A stretch of DNA of 64,000 nt, from the IMG/VR virus record IMGVR_UViG_3300042324_002009, positions 1 to 64,000 of that record. The stretch is one strand, 5' to 3'. A model generated the notes under the pieces. That model saw nothing but the letters and a program-made list of their open reading frames with translations. It was not told the DNA's origin and did not search any database. Shown in pieces: positions 37,454 through 49,121 of this stretch (the stretch's first letter is position 1; each line of letters begins with the position of its first letter). The stretch comes from a virus. Position numbers and translations under genes: made by a program.

Positions 37454-39631
37454 ATGGCAGTTGCACCACTAATAAAACCAATACAAACTCAAAAAGGAAT
37501 GTTTTATACATTCCAGAGTTCTATTGAAGATTTAAGTTTAACCTTTAATAATAATACAAATAAGTTTAAATTTTCTAAATTTGCTCTATTGCGTATTCCA
37601 GAAATTGGAATCCCAACCTCTATGACAACTGATAATAAAAGTCAGTTTTTTGCACAAGGTGAAACTCCAATATTTTCAAATCTATCAAATAATGAAAATT
37701 TAAACCTAGCAAATAGTTTTCAAAACTATGCGCTTAATCTTGAAAGTCTATTAATTTCCCAAACTTCTTATAAAAGAGAAAAGAAATTAAATGTATCTGA
37801 GAGAGTATTTTGGAAATGGTTAAAAGAAACCGGTGCAATTCGTTGGAGAGATTCAAATACTACTGAAGTTATTCAAACTTTACCAGTCGGTGACAGCCGT
37901 TGGAGTGAAGACTGGTATGATCCAACCTTAACTACGTATGACCGAGTTGTTAAATATATTGGCGAAATTGATGTAGTAAACTCAGTTCGTAGTAAAGATA
38001 ATTCTTATAGTGAATTGTATATCCATGTACCAACAAACGTAGGTGCAACTCCAACTGTGCTATTTCAGTCAAAACCTGATGAGAATTACGGACCTGATAT
38101 GATTATTGTAAATACTCCAGGCGATCCACTTGATCTTGAATATCTTAATGGCAGACACTATAATGATACTCATCCATTTACTGGAATGAGCTTACAAGCT
38201 TTTTACGATTTAGATGCAAATATAGTTGACAATTATATTTCAGATACACTAACAGTACAGCCAATTTCTACTGGATTTTGGTGGGGACCTCGCTCTGTTC
38301 AAAATGCATATTATACAGATAGAGCAGAATATTTTGGAACACCATATGGTGGAGTACTAACGTCTGCGCCTAAACGTCAAAGAATTTTTAAAGACTACCC
38401 AGCCTCATCTAGATCAGTTGAATATATCAGATCTACTCATGATGGTATGACTATTGACTTTAATTTATCAAATTACTTATTAGCTCAACAAAATACAAAT
38501 ATTAAATCATTTGCTCAATTAAATGATAGTTATACAAACAGCGATTTTGAGTTTAACGCAATTCTTGTTTATTATGATGTATACGATCCATCACCAACCG
38601 CTGTTGCTGGTACTGAACCGGTTACTGTAACTAATTTGTATGGAGTTTACTTCTTAAATAAAGTAGTTCAAAGCGGTAGTGAACATATCATACCAATGAT
38701 AACTAAGAATAAGCCAGACACCATTAATAAAACAAATGGAAATGCTTTTGCTTTTAAGATAAACTTAAAATTTGATACATCAATTGAAGACGTAGCTGTT
38801 GAAAAATCAGTTAATGACTATAGCACAGTTGCTCTAGAATTATTTTATGATGTATTAACGGAAATGCGATCATTACAAACCAAATTTAATGATAAACTAC
38901 TTGAACTTGAATCTTTAAAAACCGATGTTGATTTAGCAAAAGATGCGCTACTAAATACTACTTCGTTAACTAGTATTTCTACTAGACTTAGTAATCTTGA
39001 AACAACCGTTGCTGCCTCAACTTCTGCTTTTGCTGAAGCTACTTCAATAATGATGTTAATTGACAGTGTAAATAGTAGAATTGATGAACTATTAAGCGGT
39101 ACGGTTTCATTACAGATAAAATATAACACCGATTCATTTAAACCTGGATATGGTATGGTTTTAGATAAAACTATCCCAGGCCAAATTGTATTTGCCTCAG
39201 GCGTTCAAACCTATTCAGTAATTAATGAAGTTGATTTTAGCGTTAATGTACAAGGAGAAAAATATGTAAACTTAGGAATTGGTGGAACCCAAATCCGTCA
39301 TCTTAAATTAAACGGCTCAGGTAATCCAATACCATTTACTCTTACTAGAAATTTAACTCTATTCATTGATGATTCTGTAAATTCATGGAAATTAGGTCAA
39401 ACCTTAAGAATTGTTTGTGATTCGCAAATCATTCCGAGTACTTACACAATTACCGTAAAAACAGATTCACAAAATATAACAAATTCACTTTCGTCTTATA
39501 ATACAATAATTGCACAATTAAATGCGGCAGATTTTCCTACAACATATGGAAGAACTGGTACAACTATTATTGATATTATATGTACAAATGCTAAAACTTT
39601 AACGTTTAGCGTAGATAAAATAATAAGATAA
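37454..39631 (+). CDS. putative virion structural protein with coiled coil
   Basis: 725-aa ORF in the late cluster; heptad region near aa 470-545. Confidence 0.6.
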   Translation: MAVAPLIKPIQTQKGMFYTFQSSIEDLSLTFNNNTNKFKFSKFALLRIPEIGIPTSMTTDNKSQFFAQGETPIFSNLSNNENLNLANSFQNYALNLESLLISQTSYKREKKLNVSERVFWKWLKETGAIRWRDSNTTEVIQTLPVGDSRWSEDWYDPTLTTYDRVVKYIGEIDVVNSVRSKDNSYSELYIHVPTNVGATPTVLFQSKPDENYGPDMIIVNTPGDPLDLEYLNGRHYNDTHPFTGMSLQAFYDLDANIVDNYISDTLTVQPISTGFWWGPRSVQNAYYTDRAEYFGTPYGGVLTSAPKRQRIFKDYPASSRSVEYIRSTHDGMTIDFNLSNYLLAQQNTNIKSFAQLNDSYTNSDFEFNAILVYYDVYDPSPTAVAGTEPVTVTNLYGVYFLNKVVQSGSEHIIPMITKNKPDTINKTNGNAFAFKINLKFDTSIEDVAVEKSVNDYSTVALELFYDVLTEMRSLQTKFNDKLLELESLKTDVDLAKDALLNTTSLTSISTRLSNLETTVAASTSAFAEATSIMMLIDSVNSRIDELLSGTVSLQIKYNTDSFKPGYGMVLDKTIPGQIVFASGVQTYSVINEVDFSVNVQGEKYVNLGIGGTQIRHLKLNGSGNPIPFTLTRNLTLFIDDSVNSWKLGQTLRIVCDSQIIPSTYTITVKTDSQNITNSLSSYNTIIAQLNAADFPTTYGRTGTTIIDIICTNAKTLTFSVDKIIR

Positions 39632-39635
39632 CTAA

Positions 39636-42600
39636 ATGGCAGCAGACAAATCATCATTAAGCGATTACTTAGCTGAGCTCGGTGTCGATATTAATAATCT
39701 TCAAGAATTTTTACTTAAACTTTCTTTAATATTATCAACCAAGTCAGACTCGGTTACAATTAACCAAACTTTACAAGATGGGACAACCGCAAAGTATCTA
39801 GTACCATCATTTGGTTACTTAAGCGGCCGTGTTAATAGCATAGAGCAAAAATTCAATGATTTATTAACAGGCAATGCTAATCAATTTGGCGTTAAAGATG
39901 CGGAAGGTAATTTAAAAACCTTTGAATTAAAAGACATATCCGCAGTTATTTCTGATTTAGAAAATGTTAGTAATTCTGGAGTTACGTTACCTGCAAACTT
40001 TAATTATAAAACAAACTGGTTTTTTGAATCATTTTTAAATCCATTACTCTATATTAATGTAGATACTTCTACAATTACAGCTGACTCAGATATTAATAAA
40101 TTTGAGGTTAAACGACTAATTATTACAAGTAAAACTCAAGCTAATTTAGATTATTTTGATGCAACATATAAAGGCAAAAATGATTTAGTGTATGCAGATG
40201 TAATTAAAGATTTAGGTACTCGAATAATTGACTATTTTGAAGATGAATCTGAGGTTGAATTACCTCCATCTAAAAATACAGTTAGAGGAACCTTTGATAT
40301 ATTACAGGTTTTAGAAGATTCTTCAACTGAACTAATTGGTGGTCAAACCCTAAGTAATGCAATTCGTAGATATAAATTAAATACTCTAAGATACTCAACA
40401 ATTTCAGGATCAACTACGGTTGACAAATTGTTGGCTGAAGGAGACATATTGCTTGCATCAGATAATTCAGAATTTAAAGTTAAAACAATTGATGCCAATT
40501 CAAAAACCGTAATTTTATCGTTAATTTTTGGAACAGCAGGTTTAAAAAAAGGAGCTGCCGAGCTAAGAATAAAACCTCAATTAACTAAAGAATCAATTAT
40601 TCAAGTAAATTTAGGATATAATGAAAGAAACCTGATTTTCTTACGCCCAATTAGTAATAGGCTTTCAATAACAACTGATCAATACTCTAAAGGGTTTGGA
40701 ATATTTACTAATGAATTGAATATTACTATGAATAATGGTAATCAATTATCACTAACTGATTTTTATACAACATATGTTTCAGATTTTGGAATGCTTTTCC
40801 TAAGTTATGCAAAAGAAAAAAAGCTTCCATCTTCGCTTGGCCAAATTCCAAATAGGGTAGCAATTTCAGCAGATAATTTTAAAGTTATTCAAACTGACCA
40901 ACATATTCAAGATGCCGATAATACATTAGCCATCAAACAAAAGATTTCAGCAAAGGAACAAGCGGTTGCTCAAATTAGAGAAATCGATACTCAAATTTCG
41001 GCAGCTAGAGCTAACTTAAACACAAATGCGTCTTTAAATGAATCACAAAGGTTAAAGTTACAAAAAGATTTATCAACATTTTCTGATACAAGAGCAACGC
41101 TAACTAATACTCAACAGAGTTTAATTTCAGATATTACAACTTCGATTAAATCAACTCCAAGTTTTATAACTAATCCAAGCTATAGAGTTAGAGGTTTTTG
41201 GGCAATCCCAGAGCCGCTTAGTAGTGCTTATGGAGTTCAACAAGTTGCTCAATTTAAAATAGCATATCGTACACTAAGTAAAACTGGTAATTCAAAAACA
41301 GCTGATCAATTAGAATTTGTTGATGCGGCTGGTAATAGAGTAACTGGAGCATTTTCTCCATGGACTGAATATTTATCAAAAGCTAGAACTAAGACATTAA
41401 ATCCATTAACTGGATTCTATGAATGGGCCGATGAAAATATTTCGGATCCAAATCAAGTTAATGCAAACCAATTAGATATTCCAATTAAAAAAGGCGAAGT
41501 TATTGAAATCAGAATAAAAAGTTTGTCTGAAGCTGGTTGGCCTGATTCTCCAGTTGAATCTGACTGGTCTGATACTATTTTAATAGAATTTCCAGCTGGT
41601 ATTGAAACTGCTGAAGACGCAACTATTGTTTCTCAACAAGCCTTTGCCGACGAAACCAGAATAAATTTCCAATCTGAGTTAAATGCAAAAGGTTTAGATA
41701 TTCACTTAAGTTCTGCATTCACTACTCGTGATAAATATTTTGCTCATAAATCTGAAGATATTGCAAGCGGCTTTTTTGCTAGTGATGGAAGCGTAGTTGA
41801 TCTTTATACAAAGGTCAAAAGTATTTCAGATTCAATTAGTGCTGTACAAACATCTTTATCAACTGGAGCAGGCGCTCTATCTGTAAGTATTGTAGACCAA
41901 TCTGGAAATCAACAAACTATTACTAATGGCCAATCATTGGAATTATTTGCTGGATATTATAAAGATTTAATTAAAGATACTAGCGTTGTCCCAGTAGTAT
42001 ATAATCACGGTAGAGTATTAGCAACTCAATACCTAATTCAATTACAAAACACTTCGCAAACTCCACTACAATTAATTTCTACACTAAATGGAGGACTTGC
42101 TGAAATTGCACCATCTACTAATGCCTATACTAATCCAGCGGTTAATTACCATGCCAATTTAAGATATGATAGGGCTCCATTAGTTATCAATAACTCAGTT
42201 AGCTCAAGTATTGGTGGATTTGTACAGAAAGACGGGTATCAATCGTCTCAAGTTAGGAGTCAATATATTTACGCAAGATACAAAAGTGTAACTTTAGCAA
42301 ATTTCCTATATTCTGGAGATAAACAAGGCGGTAGTGCTGGTACACCAAGTACTTATGGAGATGGAGATTTTGCAGGCGTTGTATATTCAGCATCAACTTC
42401 CAACTATACGTATGCTGGTATAACTATCGGTTCTACTAAAGTTCCATATTCGTCTGGTCATTATTTACCATTTAATCCAACCACTGCAACTCCGCTATAT
42501 ACTGGAGCGGCTGTTACTAATACAAATATTTGGAATGGTGTAGTTACATCAAATGTCCCAGAAGGTGGAGGCCAAGTTAGTGAATTTTGTATTCATAAAA

Positions 42601-43271
42601 GCCATCCAAGCATTATTGCTGGTGGATCAGCAAATATTACTTGGAATAACTCAACCTATAATGTGTCTAGACCAACATATTCAGTTGCCGAGACAATTCA
42701 AAAATATTTACCATTTAGTCATGCAATTCATTTTGAAACAACTGAGGCTGAATCTCAAAATGTTTTTGGAGCAAATTATTATGAGCAAGCAGTTTATGTA
42801 AAACCAGCTTCCGTAATCTTAGGCACGACTGCAGTTAATATGAGAGAAAATCAATATCCTATTAAAATGGGATTTGTAAATAGCGATGAATGGTTAGTTG
42901 GAAAATATACATGTGGAGCATATTTGTATATTGCACCACAGTCGCATACTACTATTTCAGTAGACGGCCTTAGCCCAGCCGGCTCTCAAAAAATGTTAGA
43001 CTTTGGCGCTGAATCCGCTATTAAAATTCCGCTAATTTTTCAATTTAGAGCATCTGATAAATTAGGATATGTCGGCGGATGGAGATCAGCCGTTCCTGCT
43101 GGATTAAAAAACGTAAGATACGCTAAGAAATTAGGTATTGATATTTACTCATTAAATTCAGTATTCTCATTTGATGTTTTAGTTAGAACTCAATACGAAA
43201 AAGAAACTGCAGTTGTTACTCCAGTTAGCGCTCTAGCAGTTTCATCAACTGGTATTGGTGCTTCTGCTTAA
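39636..43271 (+). CDS. putative virion structural protein
   Basis: 1211-aa ORF; coiled coil followed by FN3-like segment (EIRIKSLSEAGWP...SDWSD). Confidence 0.6.
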   Translation: MAADKSSLSDYLAELGVDINNLQEFLLKLSLILSTKSDSVTINQTLQDGTTAKYLVPSFGYLSGRVNSIEQKFNDLLTGNANQFGVKDAEGNLKTFELKDISAVISDLENVSNSGVTLPANFNYKTNWFFESFLNPLLYINVDTSTITADSDINKFEVKRLIITSKTQANLDYFDATYKGKNDLVYADVIKDLGTRIIDYFEDESEVELPPSKNTVRGTFDILQVLEDSSTELIGGQTLSNAIRRYKLNTLRYSTISGSTTVDKLLAEGDILLASDNSEFKVKTIDANSKTVILSLIFGTAGLKKGAAELRIKPQLTKESIIQVNLGYNERNLIFLRPISNRLSITTDQYSKGFGIFTNELNITMNNGNQLSLTDFYTTYVSDFGMLFLSYAKEKKLPSSLGQIPNRVAISADNFKVIQTDQHIQDADNTLAIKQKISAKEQAVAQIREIDTQISAARANLNTNASLNESQRLKLQKDLSTFSDTRATLTNTQQSLISDITTSIKSTPSFITNPSYRVRGFWAIPEPLSSAYGVQQVAQFKIAYRTLSKTGNSKTADQLEFVDAAGNRVTGAFSPWTEYLSKARTKTLNPLTGFYEWADENISDPNQVNANQLDIPIKKGEVIEIRIKSLSEAGWPDSPVESDWSDTILIEFPAGIETAEDATIVSQQAFADETRINFQSELNAKGLDIHLSSAFTTRDKYFAHKSEDIASGFFASDGSVVDLYTKVKSISDSISAVQTSLSTGAGALSVSIVDQSGNQQTITNGQSLELFAGYYKDLIKDTSVVPVVYNHGRVLATQYLIQLQNTSQTPLQLISTLNGGLAEIAPSTNAYTNPAVNYHANLRYDRAPLVINNSVSSSIGGFVQKDGYQSSQVRSQYIYARYKSVTLANFLYSGDKQGGSAGTPSTYGDGDFAGVVYSASTSNYTYAGITIGSTKVPYSSGHYLPFNPTTATPLYTGAAVTNTNIWNGVVTSNVPEGGGQVSEFCIHKSHPSIIAGGSANITWNNSTYNVSRPTYSVAETIQKYLPFSHAIHFETTEAESQNVFGANYYEQAVYVKPASVILGTTAVNMRENQYPIKMGFVNSDEWLVGKYTCGAYLYIAPQSHTTISVDGLSPAGSQKMLDFGAESAIKIPLIFQFRASDKLGYVGGWRSAVPAGLKNVRYAKKLGIDIYSLNSVFSFDVLVRTQYEKETAVVTPVSALAVSSTGIGASA

Positions 43272-43286
43272 AATAAAAACTAAATA

Positions 43287-46200
43287 GTGATAGATCAAAA
43301 TTTAACATATACCCGAATTGCTGAAAGAAATGTTAGTTTTCAATTACTTAGAACTAACCCAAAATTAACAACTAATATAAAATTAACAGTTGATTCAGGT
43401 GGTGATTTATGGCTTAACTCAATTAATGCAAATTCTCAATTATCTAGCCAAAAATATAAGAGATTTGCAATTTCTGAAACTTCTAATCATGAAGTTAACT
43501 TATACCGATTTTATGATAATGGAAAAACCCCAACCTCAATTTCATATCAGTTAGGCTCAACTATTGGATTAAATGCAATTGCGAAAGATTTAAAAGATCA
43601 ATATGATTTTGATCTATATACAAGTGGAGCTAAATATTTAACGGATAAGCAATATTCTGAGAAATTTACATATTTTGCACCAATTTATTTAGATAAAGTA
43701 CTACCTGAAAAATTTGTAATTTTTAAAATACCTGGAGCTTCCAATTATACAGCTGGCGCAGGAAGAGAACTTTACAATAATGGAACTGGTTCAACTCAAA
43801 AATTTGCAACTGACTTATTTACAAATGCCGAAGTTATAAAGGTATTTGACCTAAGTGAATCTTCTAAACTTGGAAAATACATACACAATATTTCAAAAAA
43901 TCCAATGTTTACCCAAAATCCACTTTATGTTAATTATAAAGATGGTGGATATTCAATTTATAGAGGAGCTTCAATTTCTTCAGGTACCTATGTTGAATTA
44001 CCTGAATTAATTAGTAGTGTACTAAGCCGATCATTACCTTTATTAAAAGTTGAACAATTTGTAACATTAGGTTTTGAAAGAAATAATATAGTTCATCCAA
44101 AAATTTTAAATTTAGAATTTTTATTTGACGACATTACTGCAAACCCATATGAGTTTAACCGATATTTTGGAGTTTATTGCAACGATATTGATCTTGAAAC
44201 TTTTGAATTTGATTTAGCTAAAATGTATGAATTAAGCTTATCTGAAAATACTGCAGATAATGATCAAACATTTTCAACTAATTTTACACAATCTGATGAT
44301 ATTTCATTTACTTTAACTAACTCAACTGGTGTTAAATTACGCGGCTATGGATTATCAAAAAATTTATCAGATATTTATTATAATCGCACAAGTACAAATA
44401 CTTTATTTTTTCCATATTTAAAAACTAAAAATAATCAAATACATTTAATTAAACCACTATCTTGGAATCAAACAGATACCTTAGTTGATTTTCAATTAGA
44501 TGATAACCAATTTGATTTAGGCTTAGCATTTGGGCCAACTGACCTAATTACTCAAGAAACTGCTGAATTATCAAAATTAGATACTAAAGCTACAATTCTT
44601 ATTCAAGTCTTTAATACTCCGCAACACCTAGATAAGCTACGAATATATCATCCAAGCGGATCAATGTTTAGTATAACTGATAGTGGCGGCAAATATGATG
44701 AACTTGTTTTTGTATCTGGCTATTTTGTAGATAACGAAAGTTATTCATTATCATATTTATCAAGTGGTGAATCTGTAATATACGTTAATGCAGATAAAGA
44801 TTTAGAACAAATTGCTCAAGCAATTGTTGATATTGCAAGTGACTTTAAAGATTCCTCAATTACTGGGATACGAATGAATAATCATGCATTTATTCAAACT
44901 CAAAGTTATGGAAATACTTTTGGTTCATTAAAAGTTAGATCGTTAGAAGCTGTCTCAATTCTTCCTAAGTTTAAAATAAACGATAAAGTTACCGGTGATT
45001 TAGTTTTTGCAGATGGCGGATTTTTAAATAGGCCTCATCCAATTATTGCATTAGGTAATGCAACTAAATTAGCTAATCAATTAGATAATATTGTAGTGAA
45101 AACAAATCAAAATTGGTCAAAAATTAGCCGAATTTGTAATTTAGCAGACCCGATTAAAACCGGCCTTTCATTAACTGACCAACTCACCGCAATTACTGAT
45201 TTTAAAACAAAAGCCTCAATTCAATTAGTCGATAATGAGACAATTAGATTTGATCATGGTAAAATTGAAATAAGAAAAAATTTCAAACCTTCAATTGGAG
45301 TATTATCTATATTTGAAACAATGGATTTTAATTTCTCAACATATACTAGTGACTATTCTAGAAATTTATTATTGGACATTTATAAAGATTTTTTTATTCC
45401 AGAAAATACACTATTGTTAGATTTTACTAAGTATACATATCAATTAGTTGGTGATGGTACTGTTAATATAAACGGAATAGACTATTCAGATTCAGCTACT
45501 TTAATTTGGCAAAATACTTCAACTATATCCAAATATAATGTTAGGTCAAATGGGCCTAGTGGAAAACCTATTTTGATATATGGTTTAAAATTACCAGCCT
45601 CGTCTTCTACCAGCAGTAATAGATTAGATATTCCATATTTTGATGAATCGCAAGATGCTTTAAATTATATTGGCCCATTTTCAATAAAGGCAGATCATGT
45701 TGCAATTGACCCAACTTTACCAACCTACTCATATCGAGACAAGTTTTTACAAAGTAACTTATCTAGTGAGTATCATGCATATTTAGAAAATTATACAACT
45801 GATTTTGCAATAGACGGTCGCGTAATTCCGTATATTACCAAATGGGGAATTACTGACTCAACTGATGTTAGAGATAACTCATATCGACTAAATTCAGATA
45901 TTCTTTTTGGAAAGGATAATTTTGGGCCATCTCATAGAGAGACCTCGGCTACTCCTGAAAAGCTAACGCATGAATGGTTTTATATTGAATCTGATTTTGG
46001 TTATACCAAAGATATTTCACTAGCTAGAAATAATTTTTACTATTTTGATCAACCTTTAATAATTAATGAATTAATTAATTCGGATACATATTTTAATAAT
46101 TACTTTACATATCTTCCAACAATTGATGGACAGTATAATTCTATCAATAACTTAGAATACTCATCAACTGATAATATTCAAGTAGGACGACCTCAATATC

Positions 46201-49121
46201 GATATTCATTATTATCTAAAAACGAATTTAGTAAACAATATGAAACTGTTTTTAAAGGTTCGCTATTTAGATTTTATGAATTATCTACTAGCCAAACACC
46301 AGTTTTAAATTCAACCCGATTTGAAGATTACAAATTCACAGTATTACTAAAACCAATTAAAGAAGAACCAAATTTAGTTAAACAGCCAGTTAAATATAGA
46401 GTAATTGAAAACACCAATTCCAAATCAATAACCGTATTAATTGAATTAGCGCTAGGATATAAGTCACAACTTAATAATTCAATATTTTTAGAAGGTTGGA
46501 TTAACGGAAGTGAAAGTGCAATTAGTCAATCTACTTTATTTAGCGGTTCGCTTAAATCAGAACCACTTACTTATAATATTGACGTAGATAGCACGGCAAT
46601 TTCTTTAGCCACTTACCAAAATCAAATCTCTGGGCTTTCACTAGTTCCAGGATTAGAATTAGGTCAAACTATTCATATTACATATATTGAACCTGTAACT
46701 AATCGTACCCTATCAACCATTATTGCAACGCCTGGGTCAGATGTATATAATGCAATTCAATTAGAAAAAATTGCGTCTGGAGATAAATTGGGACCTAGAG
46801 TATATGCAAAAGTTCAAAAAAATGCGTCAATGATTTTATCAACAGGTTCATATAGTTGCTCTACTATTACTGCCTATTTTGAAGATATTTGGGAAAATGG
46901 AAATCCTGATTTACCAATAAGTTCTGGTCAAATTTATGAACAAACAAATTATGCACCAGTTATTCCAGGACCTCCTTCTGCCGCTGAGTTTAATTCAAGC
47001 ACAACTAATTTAATAATTAGCAATACCTCAATGACCGATCCAAGTAATCAGTACTTTAGTGATTCGATTGGATCTGATCAATCTTCAAAGCTTGATAAAT
47101 TATTTAGCACAGCAGCCCTTCCAAGATTTAGTTTAGCTACCAGAACCGGTGGGTATTATGAAATATTCTTTAATATAGTTTCACAAAATACTCCAGCTGA
47201 CGCTAATACTTATGATATTAATGTAGTACATTCATCTGGTATCCTTAGCTCAGCTCCAGGTTCGCCTGCGTATGAGGAGCCTTTAATATTTAAAGCGGAC
47301 TGGTTTATTCCAGAATATACTGATTCAAATTCTCTTGCCGCTGCTAATTTTACCGTTGAAAATTCGGTAGCATATTATGATTCAATGCTTGGTGATTATC
47401 GAATAGAATTTAATGAAAACTCTGTGTCAAACCTAACTCACTCATTTTTATATTATGCAAAGAGTAAAAAATATAATAATAAAATAGATGCATATTCTAC
47501 AATTAAATTATCTAGAGGAGTTAATTTATCAAGTAGCGGAATTTATGTAAATTTATCACTGATACCTGAATATGCTGAAACCTTACCGCTAATTGGACTT
47601 GAATCTTATGATACTTCAGCTGATTCTGAAATTAATCAAATTAGTACAGGTTTTGCACCATTGTATATTATTAAACCTGGAGAAAAAAGTATATTAGTAC
47701 AAAGAGCTATTGGCGCGCCATTAACAGTAGATGCCTTATCATCAAGCTCTTACAATGATGGAATTTCTGGAGCATTTCAAAATGTTATTAATTTTATTGG
47801 ATTCGGCCCAGCCTTATCATTAGTTAATCCGTTACCTAATGCATTAGGCGATATTCCAAGTTTTACATATACTGAACAAAGTTTACCAAGCGGAATTACC
47901 TTAGATTGGATTGATAATGCAAATCAATTTCAAATATTTGGAGGTATTAATTATTTTCAAAAAGTATTTGAAAATTTATCATTTGCAAAATTCTTTCAAT
48001 TACTTGATAAAAACCAGGATGCAATAAGTTGGGAATCATATACTAATGGCATTCTAACTAATTATAAAACACTATCTATTGAAATACTTGATGCCGATAC
48101 CATTAGTAAATCAACAGTTATTAGTATTACACCAGATCAAGTAACAGAAGGCCGTATTAATACAACCGCTGGTTATTCATTAACTGAACGACCTTCTAAA
48201 CCGTATGAAGTTAACCGATATTCTGCAGAATATGAAATAATTACAAAACCAGTTGCCGGTTTTAAATATAATTTTTCAATAAATTCAAATAGCTTACCTG
48301 GAGCAAATATTTGTTTTAACCCAGAAGTTGATAATTTCTTTATTATTCCAGATTTTGAATATGTTAAATACTCAACACAAAATATTCTATCCCTTGAAAA
48401 TAGTCAAAATTATTCAGCCGTTTATCCATTAATTAATGAGACCCCAATTTCTCGTACAAACTTTAATAGTTTAGCATCAAGTTGGGATTATAATTATCAT
48501 TTTGAATCATTAAATAAGAGTGAATCGACTGGTGTTGCTGGCAGTAAAAGAGTTGTTGAAGACTATTCGTTTATTTCAAAATTAATAAATCTGCCAAATG
48601 AATTTTTAATTGAAGATTTTACATCAATTGAACTTACTCAAAGCCTCTTCAATATCTCACAAGCTGCTGAAGCTGATATTGTATACGCTAATTATCCAGA
48701 ACAAGTTAAATTTAAAATTAACACAGCCTCTTTAATTACTAAACACTTATCAAATAACGGATTACGTTCAGAATTCCAAAAGTTTTTTAAATATGAGGAC
48801 GGTTCTCAAATTAGCCTAGACTCTGACTTTTTAGGAGAATTAACCTTTGAAGAGTTTCTTTCTCAATACTGCCTACTTAATTTAATTAAATTATATAGAG
48901 TAGACAATTTTGAATTCTATGAATTGGATGATAGAACGATTCAGGGTAACTTAGTTGAATTTAATCAGGTCAGTTACAATTCACTTAATAACTTAGGTTA
49001 TGACTTAATCAAGAATATTAGAATAAATAATACCAAATCAAGAGTAGTAGAGGGTTCTATCCTATTAAAACCTAATACTGGAGTTAAATTGGTTCCAAAA
49101 ATAAAAATTAAATTCATTTAA
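43287..49121 (+). CDS. very large putative virion structural protein
   Basis: 1944-aa ORF with GTG start, co-oriented in the late cluster; no recognised enzyme motif. Confidence 0.6.
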   Translation: MIDQNLTYTRIAERNVSFQLLRTNPKLTTNIKLTVDSGGDLWLNSINANSQLSSQKYKRFAISETSNHEVNLYRFYDNGKTPTSISYQLGSTIGLNAIAKDLKDQYDFDLYTSGAKYLTDKQYSEKFTYFAPIYLDKVLPEKFVIFKIPGASNYTAGAGRELYNNGTGSTQKFATDLFTNAEVIKVFDLSESSKLGKYIHNISKNPMFTQNPLYVNYKDGGYSIYRGASISSGTYVELPELISSVLSRSLPLLKVEQFVTLGFERNNIVHPKILNLEFLFDDITANPYEFNRYFGVYCNDIDLETFEFDLAKMYELSLSENTADNDQTFSTNFTQSDDISFTLTNSTGVKLRGYGLSKNLSDIYYNRTSTNTLFFPYLKTKNNQIHLIKPLSWNQTDTLVDFQLDDNQFDLGLAFGPTDLITQETAELSKLDTKATILIQVFNTPQHLDKLRIYHPSGSMFSITDSGGKYDELVFVSGYFVDNESYSLSYLSSGESVIYVNADKDLEQIAQAIVDIASDFKDSSITGIRMNNHAFIQTQSYGNTFGSLKVRSLEAVSILPKFKINDKVTGDLVFADGGFLNRPHPIIALGNATKLANQLDNIVVKTNQNWSKISRICNLADPIKTGLSLTDQLTAITDFKTKASIQLVDNETIRFDHGKIEIRKNFKPSIGVLSIFETMDFNFSTYTSDYSRNLLLDIYKDFFIPENTLLLDFTKYTYQLVGDGTVNINGIDYSDSATLIWQNTSTISKYNVRSNGPSGKPILIYGLKLPASSSTSSNRLDIPYFDESQDALNYIGPFSIKADHVAIDPTLPTYSYRDKFLQSNLSSEYHAYLENYTTDFAIDGRVIPYITKWGITDSTDVRDNSYRLNSDILFGKDNFGPSHRETSATPEKLTHEWFYIESDFGYTKDISLARNNFYYFDQPLIINELINSDTYFNNYFTYLPTIDGQYNSINNLEYSSTDNIQVGRPQYRYSLLSKNEFSKQYETVFKGSLFRFYELSTSQTPVLNSTRFEDYKFTVLLKPIKEEPNLVKQPVKYRVIENTNSKSITVLIELALGYKSQLNNSIFLEGWINGSESAISQSTLFSGSLKSEPLTYNIDVDSTAISLATYQNQISGLSLVPGLELGQTIHITYIEPVTNRTLSTIIATPGSDVYNAIQLEKIASGDKLGPRVYAKVQKNASMILSTGSYSCSTITAYFEDIWENGNPDLPISSGQIYEQTNYAPVIPGPPSAAEFNSSTTNLIISNTSMTDPSNQYFSDSIGSDQSSKLDKLFSTAALPRFSLATRTGGYYEIFFNIVSQNTPADANTYDINVVHSSGILSSAPGSPAYEEPLIFKADWFIPEYTDSNSLAAANFTVENSVAYYDSMLGDYRIEFNENSVSNLTHSFLYYAKSKKYNNKIDAYSTIKLSRGVNLSSSGIYVNLSLIPEYAETLPLIGLESYDTSADSEINQISTGFAPLYIIKPGEKSILVQRAIGAPLTVDALSSSSYNDGISGAFQNVINFIGFGPALSLVNPLPNALGDIPSFTYTEQSLPSGITLDWIDNANQFQIFGGINYFQKVFENLSFAKFFQLLDKNQDAISWESYTNGILTNYKTLSIEILDADTISKSTVISITPDQVTEGRINTTAGYSLTERPSKPYEVNRYSAEYEIITKPVAGFKYNFSINSNSLPGANICFNPEVDNFFIIPDFEYVKYSTQNILSLENSQNYSAVYPLINETPISRTNFNSLASSWDYNYHFESLNKSESTGVAGSKRVVEDYSFISKLINLPNEFLIEDFTSIELTQSLFNISQAAEADIVYANYPEQVKFKINTASLITKHLSNNGLRSEFQKFFKYEDGSQISLDSDFLGELTFEEFLSQYCLLNLIKLYRVDNFEFYELDDRTIQGNLVEFNQVSYNSLNNLGYDLIKNIRINNTKSRVVEGSILLKPNTGVKLVPKIKIKFI